Origin: Patescibacteria group bacterium
Lineage (GTDB): Bacteria > Patescibacteriota > Patescibacteriia > UBA10025 > JAHIVO01
Assembly (NCBI GenBank): GCA_041650915.1
Contig: JBAZKE010000001.1
Coordinates: 251,284-315,283, forward strand
Length of the DNA stretch: 64,000 bases
Reading direction: 5' to 3'
The stretch's first letter is position 1. Each line of letters begins with the position of its first letter. The position numbers were made by a program, and so were the translations under genes. Of the stretch, positions 8,552-17,140 are shown piece after piece. The notes under the pieces were generated by a model. It made no database searches. It saw nothing but the letters and a program-made list of their open reading frames with translations, and was not told the origin of the DNA.

Positions 8552-9103
8552 TTACTTTTTTCCGACGAGCAGCGAGAGCCGCCCTCCCTGCCGGCTGACC
8601 GGCTGTTCGATGGCTACGCTTGCCGACTCCGAGAGCGAACCAACAAACTGCGTCATCATCTCCTGTGCGCGGTTTGCGTGCGCGCGTTCTCTGCCGCGGA
8701 GGATGAGCTCAACCTTGACCTTGTTGCCCTTCTCAAGGAATTTAAGCGCCTGATTTTTCCTTAGTTCGAGATCGTGCGGGCCGATCTTCAGCGAGATCCG
8801 CACGCCTTTGATCTCAACTTTCTTTTGCTTCGCTTTCTGCTTGCGTTCTTTCTTCTCCTGCTGGTATTGGTATGCTCCAAAGTCCATGATTCTGCATACA
8901 GGAGGTTCCGCGAGCGGGGATACCTCAATGAGGTCGAGCTCACGTTCGTGCGCGAGCTGGAGCGCGCGGCGTGTGTCCATGGCGCCGAGCTGCGCGCCCT
9001 CGTCGTCGATCACCATTACCTGCGGAGCCTTGATCATCATGTTGGCGCGGAGCCGCTTCTTGATAACGAGCTTCGGGGGTCGTCGTCTTCGTCTGCTGCT
9101 AAT
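8552..9103 (-). CDS. infC: Translation initiation factor IF-3 (probable ATT start)
   Basis: RAN.MIKAPQV.VID, DLIEVSP.AEPPVCRIMDFG, KVKV..ILRGRE; the upstream ORF extension overlaps tmRNA, so ATT at 9103 is the likely start. Confidence 0.95.
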   Translation of the reverse strand: MSSRRRRRPPKLVIKKRLRANMMIKAPQVMVIDDEGAQLGAMDTRRALQLAHERELDLIEVSPLAEPPVCRIMDFGAYQYQQEKKERKQKAKQKKVEIKGVRISLKIGPHDLELRKNQALKFLEKGNKVKVELILRGRERAHANRAQEMMTQFVGSLSESASVAIEQPVSRQGGRLSLLVGKK

Positions 9104-9127
9104 GGTCGTGGTGGTTAATGATTTTTT

Positions 9128-9537
9128 TGGTGGAAGCGAGGGGCATCGCACCCCTGTCCATGTAACCGGTTACAAAAACCTCTACAAGCGTAGTCTGTTT
9201 AATGGTGTCGGATCGAGGGGTAAGAACAGACAAAGCCCCCGCAACCCCGAGCCTTCAATTGGAGTTTAAGCGCCTGCGAAAAGGCTAACGCAGATGCCGA
9301 TTCCGGTAATGGCGCCCTGGTTCTCTACCGGACGTCGAGAGCAGGACGGCAGTTGGTTTTTAGGCAACTACTGGCGCAAAGGAAGGCACGGCAAATGCTT
9401 GCGCAAATGCGGTCTTCACCTTGCTAACAAATGATTTGGCATTTGTAATTTTCTACCGTTAGTTTAACGTCGTAGAGGTAAACTTGGACGGCTTGCTGTT
9501 TTTATAAACGTGCTACTGTCGATTTCTAAACGCTCCC
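9128..9537 (-). ncRNA. ssrA: tmRNA
   Basis: 5' GGGAGCG..GAAATCGAC and 3' GGACAGGGGTGCGATGCCCCTCGCTTCCACCA with G3:U70 pair; tag ORF 9440-9360; adjacent to smpB. Confidence 0.95.
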
Positions 9538-9618
9538 CTGAGTACGTGTTGAGAGGTGAGTTTTTAGGTTTGAGTGGTATGGTTATTATACTCAAAACTC
9601 AATTCTCATTGCTCACAC

Positions 9619-10068
9619 CTACGCTTTGTTCCGCAAGAGCTGCCGTACCTGCCGGTCTGCATCGCGTTTTTTCATAAGCTCCCGTTTATCGTGGAGCTTT
9701 TTACCCCTACAGACCGCGATTTTTACCTTGATCAGACTTTTTTTAGTATAGATAGAAAGTGGCAGTACTGTCAAGCCCTTGCTGCTCAGTTTTCCAGTCA
9801 GTGAGGCGATTTCCCGTTCATGCAGGAGCAGCTTGCGGGACCGGGTTGGCTCGTACCCGCGTTGGCTCGATGACATCGCGTACGGGGAGACGTGCGCGTT
9901 GATAAGCCATATTTCACCGTCCCGTCCCGTAACGTAACTTCCCTTGAGGTTGCAGCGCCCGCCTTTGACTGATTTGACTTCCGACCCGGTCAGCACAATG
10001 CCAGCCTCAAACTCTTCGAGGATGTGGTAGTCATGTAGTGCGCGTTTGTTCGTGGCAAGCGTAGGCAT
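9619..10068 (-). CDS. smpB: SsrA-binding protein
   Basis: NKRA.HDY...EAGIVLTGSEVKS, RSRKLLLH, GKKLHDKRE. Confidence 0.98.
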   Translation of the reverse strand: MPTLATNKRALHDYHILEEFEAGIVLTGSEVKSVKGGRCNLKGSYVTGRDGEIWLINAHVSPYAMSSSQRGYEPTRSRKLLLHEREIASLTGKLSSKGLTVLPLSIYTKKSLIKVKIAVCRGKKLHDKRELMKKRDADRQVRQLLRNKA

Positions 10069-10156
10069 AGGGTTGCTTTCGTACTTCCATTATAGAGCAA
10101 TACGTCCGTGAGGGGAACTCGCGGTGGAGCTGTTTTTTTGCTATACTACAGGAGCT

Positions 10157-11800
10157 ATGAATCTTCTCGTAAATTTTCAGAAGAGGATTGACGCTGCGAT
10201 CGTAGAACTCTGGCCTCACGTTCGGGGCCAGCTTCGTGCTGCTGAAATCACGTATCCCCCCGATGAAAAGTTCGGGCACTACGCCACGAATGTCGCCATG
10301 CAGCTTGCGCCGATCGTACATGCAAATCCGATTGAGATCGCACAGCGGATAACCGAGAAGCTCGGTGCGGTTCCGGCTGCGGCGAGAGTGGAAGTGGTGC
10401 AGCCCGGTTTTATCAATTTTTTTGTCGATGAGGCGTGGCTCGTTCGGCAGGTCCGCCTGATCATCACCGAGAAACGGCGATTCGGTGCGAGCGCCGTCGG
10501 AAAAGGCATTCGGGTTCAGGTAGAATTTATTTCGGCGAATCCAACCGGCCCGCTCCATATCGGGAACGGCCGCGGCGGGTTCGCTGGGGATACGCTCGCC
10601 AACGTCCTCAAGCTGACCGGCCACACCGTACAGCGTGAGTACTACGTCAACGATATGGGCAAGCAGGTCGGCATCCTCGCGGAATCGGTCCTGAGGCGGT
10701 ACTGGCAGCATAAGGGGATCAAGAGCGAGTACCCGGAGTACTGCTACCAGGGAGCATACGTCGATGATCTCGCGAAGAAACTTTTTCTGCCGAACTATAA
10801 GCTCAACAATACCCAGAAACTTGAAGAGGTGCGGGAAAAAATCAAGGGGAGAATCCTGCAGCGGATGATCACGAGCATTAAAAAATTTTGCGAAAAAGAG
10901 CTCCGGATTAAATTCGATACGTGGTTTTCTGAGCGTGAGCTGTACGATTCGGGGCAGGTCGACATGGTGCTCGCAGCGTTGAAAGAACGGCAGCTGCTTT
11001 ACCGCTCTGAGGGTGCGCTGTGGCTCAGGACAAAACGGTTCGGCGATGACAAGGATCGCGTGCTCATCAAGGCGGACGGTGAGCCAGTATACTTCTTGTC
11101 TGACGTCGCATACCACTGGAATAAGTTCGCGAAGCGAAAGTTCGACAAGGTCATCGATGTGCTCGGCGCGGACCACCACGGCTATATCGGGAGGCTGCAG
11201 GCCGTCATGAGGATTTTTGAGTTCGACGCGAAGCTCGATGTTCTCATCACCCAGCTCGTCAGGCTTATCCGCGATGGCGAGGAGCTGAAGATGTCAAAAC
11301 GCGCCGGAACTTTTGTGCTGCTTGAGGAACTCGTGCGGGAGGTCGGCATTGATGCGGTCAGGTATTTTTACCTTATGCACGATTTCGGCACCCACATGGA
11401 TTTCGACCTCGATCTGGCGAAAAAGCAATCAAAGGACAACCCGGTGTACTATGTACAGTATGCCCACGCGCGAATCTGTAGTATACTGAGTAAGGCGAAG
11501 GGGTTGAAGACGGCCCCGCCTCAGCGGGGCAGCGCAGTCGAACCACCGGAGGCTGCGTTAATCAGGCTCCTCATCCGCTGGCCTGAGCTGCTCGTCGAGG
11601 TATCGCGCACGTACCAGGTGAGCAAACTTCCGTCTTACGCCGCCCAGCTCGCGATGCAGTTCCACGATTTCTATACCCGGTGCAGGGTCATTGATCATAA
11701 CATCGTCGACGAGCGCCGCCTCAACGTCATTAAGGCGACGAGGATCGTTCTACAGAATGCGCTGTCAGCAATGGGCATCAGCGCGCCCGATAAAATGTAG
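10157..11800 (+). CDS. argS: Arginine--tRNA ligase
   Basis: EFISANPTGPLHIGNGR, GADHHGY, KMSKRAG, YVQYAHAR; ATG at 10157 downstream of TGcTATACT. Confidence 0.97.
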   Translation: MNLLVNFQKRIDAAIVELWPHVRGQLRAAEITYPPDEKFGHYATNVAMQLAPIVHANPIEIAQRITEKLGAVPAAARVEVVQPGFINFFVDEAWLVRQVRLIITEKRRFGASAVGKGIRVQVEFISANPTGPLHIGNGRGGFAGDTLANVLKLTGHTVQREYYVNDMGKQVGILAESVLRRYWQHKGIKSEYPEYCYQGAYVDDLAKKLFLPNYKLNNTQKLEEVREKIKGRILQRMITSIKKFCEKELRIKFDTWFSERELYDSGQVDMVLAALKERQLLYRSEGALWLRTKRFGDDKDRVLIKADGEPVYFLSDVAYHWNKFAKRKFDKVIDVLGADHHGYIGRLQAVMRIFEFDAKLDVLITQLVRLIRDGEELKMSKRAGTFVLLEELVREVGIDAVRYFYLMHDFGTHMDFDLDLAKKQSKDNPVYYVQYAHARICSILSKAKGLKTAPPQRGSAVEPPEAALIRLLIRWPELLVEVSRTYQVSKLPSYAAQLAMQFHDFYTRCRVIDHNIVDERRLNVIKATRIVLQNALSAMGISAPDKM

Positions 11801-11819
11801 TAGATTTATTTTTTCTCAC

Positions 11820-12962
11820 ATGAGAATCGGCATCGACTGCAGGACAATTTTAAACCCGAAGCTCGGTGAACGGGCCGGTGTGGGGCACTACACGTACTAC
11901 CTCGTGAAGAGCATTTTGAAGTACGACAAGAAGAACGAATACGTGCTACTCTTTGACTGGAGGTTTCGCAACATGGCGGAGTTTGAGCAGAAGAACGTCC
12001 GGGTAAAAAACTTGCCGTTTTCACAGTACAATAAGTTCCTTCCTTTCGCATATTCGCACATGCTGATTTCCGCCTACCTCCTGAAGCAGGGGCTCGACCT
12101 GTTTCATTCGCCGATTTCATCACTGCCGCTTACGTACCCGAAGAAGTCGATCATCACAGTCCACGACCTGGCAATTTATAAAAATCCGTCCTGGTTTCCG
12201 TCCCAGATTTTTTCTACTAAGCTGCTCGTGCCGCGGAGCTTGAGCGCAGCGGATAAAATCATCGCCGTCTCACAGAGCACCAAGCGGGACCTCAAGCAGA
12301 TTTTTAACGTGCCGGGGAAGAAAGTGCAGGTTATCTACGAAGCGACGCGGGTAGATAAGATCCCGGTGAAGAACAAGAGCCTGGATAGCTTAAAGAAGTT
12401 TAAGCTTCCCCGCAGGTACGTATATTTCATCGGCACGCTCGAGCCGCGCAAGAACCTCATTACCCTCATCCGGGCATATAGAAGGCTGATCTCGCAGGGG
12501 CCCGAATTCAGGAACTACAGCCTCGTCATCGCGGGCGCGAAGTCATACAAGCACGAAGCGGTATTTGATGAGATCACCGCTCTCAAGCTTAAGAAGTACG
12601 TGAAGTACCTCGGGTACGTCACGCACAACCAGAAGATTGAGCTGATGAAGAAAGCTTCTTGTTTCGTATTTCCCTCGGCGTATGAGGGTTTCGGGCTGCC
12701 GGTACTTGAGGCAATGGCGCTCGGGACGCCCGTCATCACGACGAACGTTTCATCCCTCCCGGAGATCACCGGCAAGGCCGCCCGGCTCGTAGATCCGGAA
12801 GACGAGCAGCAGCTCGCCGGGGCGCTCAGAGAGGTTCTGGGCAGCACGCAGCTGCAGCAGCGGCTGGAGAAGGCCGGAATTGAACGTGCGCGGTATTTCA
12901 CGTGGGAACGCAGCGCAAAAGAGACGATTAAGCTGTATGAGAGCATGAAGGGAGGCAGCTAA
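11820..12962 (+). CDS. Glycosyltransferase family 4 (GT-B)
   Basis: MRIGID, TVHDL, GTLEPRKNL, EGFGLPVLEAM. Confidence 0.93.
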   Translation: MRIGIDCRTILNPKLGERAGVGHYTYYLVKSILKYDKKNEYVLLFDWRFRNMAEFEQKNVRVKNLPFSQYNKFLPFAYSHMLISAYLLKQGLDLFHSPISSLPLTYPKKSIITVHDLAIYKNPSWFPSQIFSTKLLVPRSLSAADKIIAVSQSTKRDLKQIFNVPGKKVQVIYEATRVDKIPVKNKSLDSLKKFKLPRRYVYFIGTLEPRKNLITLIRAYRRLISQGPEFRNYSLVIAGAKSYKHEAVFDEITALKLKKYVKYLGYVTHNQKIELMKKASCFVFPSAYEGFGLPVLEAMALGTPVITTNVSSLPEITGKAARLVDPEDEQQLAGALREVLGSTQLQQRLEKAGIERARYFTWERSAKETIKLYESMKGGS

Positions 12963-12994
12963 CCCCCATGTGGTACCAGCAGGGCAAAGGCGGA

Positions 12995-13246
12995 ATGCAA
13001 ATCGGCGTGAAGGTAAAGCCTGGAGCACCCGAGAGCAGGGTCGTCGGCGTATACGGCGATTTTTTGAAAGTGGACGTGGCAGCGCAGCCCGAGAAGGGCA
13101 AAGCAAACGATGCGCTTGTAAAAGTTTTGAGCAAGCACTTCAAGGTGCCGCGCGACGGCATTACGATTGTCCACGGCAAGAACCAGGCGCGCAAGCTTGT
13201 TTTCCTCAAGGTTGGGAAAAATGCACTGATCGAATCTGCTGATTAG
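12995..13246 (+). CDS. DUF167 (YggU) family protein
   Basis: VKVKPGA...V.A.PEKGKANDAL...I.HG...R.K. Confidence 0.9.
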   Translation: MQIGVKVKPGAPESRVVGVYGDFLKVDVAAQPEKGKANDALVKVLSKHFKVPRDGITIVHGKNQARKLVFLKVGKNALIESAD

Positions 13247-13380
13247 TGGAGCTGGCGCCGCGTACGCCTTGCTTGCCGTTCGCTTTTTGTATTTACAATC
13301 CTACGCGTTTACGGGGCATGATGAAAATCAGCATGAATGATTTTTTTACTTTCCGCATTGCCCGTGGGGCATTGATACCC

Positions 13381-13409
13381 TTGCTTTCATGATGATTTTC
13401 AGCTAGAAT
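13381..13409 (+). promoter_or_regulatory. Putative ileS promoter
   Basis: TTGCTT-17 bp-TAGAAT, 16 nt before the ATG. Confidence 0.55.
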
Positions 13410-13425
13410 AGACCTACATTTTATT

Positions 13426-16347
13426 ATGGCAAAAAGAGAGCAAAAGGATTCTCATGTTAGCTTTCCTGAGATGGAGCAGGAGGTGCTCGCATTCTGGGAA
13501 AAAGAAAATATTTTCAAAAAGACACTCGACAAGACAAAGGGCGGGGAATCGTTTGTTTTCTTTGAAGGCCCGCCGACGGCTAACGGAAAGCCGGGCATCC
13601 ACCACGTTCTCGCCCGTGCGTACAAGGACATTATGTTGCGCTATAAAACGATGCGGGGATTTTTTGTTGAGCGGAAAGCGGGCTGGGATACGCACGGCCT
13701 TCCGGTCGAGCTGCAGGTAGAGAAAGAGCTCGGCATTTCAGGCAAGCCTGACATAGAAAAGTACGGCATTGCCGAGTTCAACGCGAAGTGCCGGGAGTCG
13801 GTGTGGAAGTACAAGAGAGAGTGGGAAGAGCTCACGAAGCGAATCGGCTTCTGGCTTGACCTCGACCGCCCGTACGTGACGTACGAGAATGACTACGTCG
13901 AGTCCCTCTGGTGGGTCATTAAGCAGGTGTGGGACAGGGGATTGCTCTATAAGGGGCATAAGGTCGTGCCGCACTGCCCGCGCTGCGGGACCGCGCTCTC
14001 ATCGCACGAAGTTGCGCAGGGTTATAAATCGGTCAAAGATAATTCCGTCTACCTCAAGTTCAAAGTGCTCGGCGAGGACGATACCTACATCCTGTCCTGG
14101 ACTACGACACCGTGGACATTGCCAGGCAATGTTGCGCTCGCTGTCGGTGAAAAAATTGACTACGTAAGGGCAAAGGTTGGCAAAGAGATTTTCATACTCG
14201 CGCAGGCTGCACTCGGACGGATCGCCGAGAAGTGCAAGGTTATCGAGGAACTGAAGGGTTCCGCACTCGTCGGCACACGGTACGAACCGCTCTTCGATAT
14301 CGCGGCGTTGCAGTCGGAGACATCGCATCAGGTGTATGCCGCGGACTTCGTGAATACAGAGGAGGGTACGGGCGTCGTGCACACGGCGGTTATGTATGGC
14401 GAAGATGATTACCAGCTCGGCGAGAAGGTGGGGCTGCCCAAGCACCACACGGTTGATGAGAATGGGAAGTTCACCGATGACGTTCCTGAGTTCGCCGGAA
14501 AATTTGTCAAAGATAAGGATGTTGAGAGGGGCATCGTTGCACTCCTCAGAGGCCGGGGTGTGCTGTACCATGAAGAGTTGCATGAGCATGACTATCCGTT
14601 CTGCTGGCGCTGCGATACCCCGCTCCTGTACTACGCCAAAGATTCCTGGTTCATCAGGATGAGCGAGCTGAAAAAAGAGCTCATCAATAATAATAATGAG
14701 ATTAACTGGGTGCCAGGGTACATCAAGCACGGGAGGTTCGGGGAGTGGCTCAACGAGGTCAAAGACTGGGCTTTCTCGCGGGAACGCTACTGGGGCACAC
14801 CGCTCCCTATCTGGGAGTCCGATGACGGCGACCGGATCTGCATCGGTTCATTCGCGGAACTCAAGGAGCTCGCGAAGGATCCATCGAAGGTCGGGGATCG
14901 ATTTGATCCGCACAGGCCTTTTGTCGATGAGATTGAGATCGTGAGGGACGGGAAAACATTCCGCCGGATCAAGGAAGTCGCCGATGTGTGGTTCGATTCC
15001 GGCTCTATGCCGTTTGCCCAGTGGCACTACCCGTTTGAAAACAGAGGCCGAATTGATGACAATGTAAGTTTTCCGGCAGCGTATATCGCCGAAGCGATTG
15101 ACCAGACGCGCGGATGGTTCTATACGCTCCTCGCCGTCTCAACGCTCCTGCAGAAGAGTTCGCCGTACCGCAATGTCATTTGCCTCGGGCACATCATGGA
15201 TTCGACAGGGCAGAAGATGTCGAAGTCCCGCGGGAACGTCGTGGACCCTTTTACGATGGTTGGCACGTACGGCGCTGACGCGCTGCGGTGGCACCTCTTC
15301 ACCATGAACCAGCCGGGCGATACGAAGCTCTTTGACGAGAAGAGCCTTGAGGATGTCGTGAAAAAGTACTGGCTCATTCTGTGGAACGTGCTCTCCTTCT
15401 GGAAGATGTACGCCGGGGAATTTAAGCGGACTGACGCCTATGAGCCGCCGCGGGCGCCGCACGTACTCGATCGTTGGATAATAGCCCGTCTGCACGAGCT
15501 GGCAAGCCAGGTCTCCGGCAAGCTGGATCGGTACGCCGTTACTGAAGCCGCACGGTCAATCGGCGAATTTATCGCCGAGCTCTCTACCTGGTATCTTAGG
15601 CGGTCACGTTCCCGGTTTAAGCACGCGGGCGCCGTGCGCCAGGATGCGGTTGCGGTGCTCCACTACGTGCTCATGACGCTGTCCAAGCTCCTTGCTCCAT
15701 TCGTTCCTTTCATAGCCGAGAGCCTGTACCGTGAGGTCATGCCACGCGGCAGCGGAGCAGAGAGCGTCCACCTCGCCGACTGGCCGCAGGCGGACGCTGC
15801 CCGCATTGATAAGAAGGTTTTGAAAGGGATGGCCACGGTCCGGCAGGCCGTGGAGCTGGGGCACTCTCTGCGCAAGGAGAAGAAGCTCAAGGTACGCCAG
15901 CCGCTTGCCCAATTTGTCGTCCGTACCAAAGCTCTGGACCCTGAGCTTAAGGAGCTTATCAAAGAGGAGGTCAATGTCGATGAGGTCGTGGCCGTCGATG
16001 AGCTGCCCGTGTATGACGAGTTCGTTTTCAAGGAGGCCCCGGGGCTTGCCGTTGCGCTTGATACGACGATTACCGACGAGCTGCGCCAGCGCGGCATCGT
16101 GCGCGAGATGGTGCGCCACATCAATGCGATGCGGAAAGATGCGAAGCTGACGATCGAAGATACGATAACCGTCTACTATGAAATCACTAACGAGGAGCTG
16201 CGGGGCATCTTTAAGCATTATCGGGAGCGGATCTGCCGTGAGGTTATTGCAGTGACATGTCTCGAGGAGCTTCCGGAAAACGTTGACCTCAAGACGGTAC
16301 TTGAGATATCGGGGAACAAGATAACCTTCGGCATCAAGCAGCAGTAA
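13426..16347 (+). CDS. ileS: Isoleucine--tRNA ligase, type 2
   Basis: EGPPTANGKPGIHH, GWDTHGLPVE, WTTTPWTLP, DQTRGWFY, KMSKS; type-2 C-terminus. Confidence 0.97.
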   Translation: MAKREQKDSHVSFPEMEQEVLAFWEKENIFKKTLDKTKGGESFVFFEGPPTANGKPGIHHVLARAYKDIMLRYKTMRGFFVERKAGWDTHGLPVELQVEKELGISGKPDIEKYGIAEFNAKCRESVWKYKREWEELTKRIGFWLDLDRPYVTYENDYVESLWWVIKQVWDRGLLYKGHKVVPHCPRCGTALSSHEVAQGYKSVKDNSVYLKFKVLGEDDTYILSWTTTPWTLPGNVALAVGEKIDYVRAKVGKEIFILAQAALGRIAEKCKVIEELKGSALVGTRYEPLFDIAALQSETSHQVYAADFVNTEEGTGVVHTAVMYGEDDYQLGEKVGLPKHHTVDENGKFTDDVPEFAGKFVKDKDVERGIVALLRGRGVLYHEELHEHDYPFCWRCDTPLLYYAKDSWFIRMSELKKELINNNNEINWVPGYIKHGRFGEWLNEVKDWAFSRERYWGTPLPIWESDDGDRICIGSFAELKELAKDPSKVGDRFDPHRPFVDEIEIVRDGKTFRRIKEVADVWFDSGSMPFAQWHYPFENRGRIDDNVSFPAAYIAEAIDQTRGWFYTLLAVSTLLQKSSPYRNVICLGHIMDSTGQKMSKSRGNVVDPFTMVGTYGADALRWHLFTMNQPGDTKLFDEKSLEDVVKKYWLILWNVLSFWKMYAGEFKRTDAYEPPRAPHVLDRWIIARLHELASQVSGKLDRYAVTEAARSIGEFIAELSTWYLRRSRSRFKHAGAVRQDAVAVLHYVLMTLSKLLAPFVPFIAESLYREVMPRGSGAESVHLADWPQADAARIDKKVLKGMATVRQAVELGHSLRKEKKLKVRQPLAQFVVRTKALDPELKELIKEEVNVDEVVAVDELPVYDEFVFKEAPGLAVALDTTITDELRQRGIVREMVRHINAMRKDAKLTIEDTITVYYEITNEELRGIFKHYRERICREVIAVTCLEELPENVDLKTVLEISGNKITFGIKQQ

Positions 16348-16359
16348 AGCTCCTGCCTT

Positions 16360-17115
16360 ATGGGGACATACTACGTCCGCGGGATCATACTCATGCACCA
16401 GGATTTCCGTGAAGCTGACCGCCTCATCACCGTCTATACGGAGGAGTACGGCAAGCTTAGGCTGCTCGCCCGCGGGGTGCGGAAGGTTTCGAGCAAGCTC
16501 GCCGGCAACCTCGAGCCGTATGCACTCGCGCGGCTTCATGTCGTACGGGGGAGGCGGTACGATACGGTTGCCGCTTCTGACGTTGAAAAAACTTTTAATG
16601 GCATCAGGCGAGACCTGAAGCGAACGTACCTCGCCGCCTACTTTTCGTCCGTGGTCGAGTATGCCGTGCCTGGCAGCGTGAGGGATGCAGGCATCTATGC
16701 CTTGATCCGGCAGGCGTTCAGTACGCTCGAGCACGCAACGACGAATCCGGTCCGGCGGATGAAACTCGTATGGTTTTTTGTCTGGCAGCTCCTCGCGCAC
16801 GTCGGCTACGGGCCGGAGCTCCAGGCGTGCCTCGCATGCAGGAAGAAGTTGCGACCTGCGGTGCACACGTTCAGCTTCACGCGCGGCGGCATTGTCTGTA
16901 CGGCATGCTCTGAGGGGCCTTCTGGTGCCGATGCAAAGATCAGGCCGAATGCCATCAAAGCCCTCCGGATCGTATGCCGCGGGCGGTGGCAAGATGCGGT
17001 ACGGCTGCGGACCGGTGCCGATACGGCGCGTGAACTGACGTCACTCACGGAAGCGTACCTCAGCTTTATCCTCGAGCGGCCCCTGCCGCTCACCCAGTTT
17101 TTCGCGCCCGAATAA
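16360..17115 (+). CDS. recO: DNA repair protein RecO
   Basis: GIIL...FREADR..T.YT..YGK...ARGVRK..SKL; Zn motif CLAC...CTAC. Confidence 0.95.
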   Translation: MGTYYVRGIILMHQDFREADRLITVYTEEYGKLRLLARGVRKVSSKLAGNLEPYALARLHVVRGRRYDTVAASDVEKTFNGIRRDLKRTYLAAYFSSVVEYAVPGSVRDAGIYALIRQAFSTLEHATTNPVRRMKLVWFFVWQLLAHVGYGPELQACLACRKKLRPAVHTFSFTRGGIVCTACSEGPSGADAKIRPNAIKALRIVCRGRWQDAVRLRTGADTARELTSLTEAYLSFILERPLPLTQFFAPE

Positions 17116-17140
17116 TTTTGCTATACTGAGCGTAATAGCT

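Noticed and set aside
13247-13425. T-box riboswitch before ileS
   Set aside because: No GGTGGNACC T-box or terminator; the promoter lies only 16 nt from the ATG
10031-16992. Long antisense ORFs (382, 243 and 462 aa) opposite argS, ileS and recO
   Set aside because: Shadow frames from codon bias of the sense genes; no recognisable motifs
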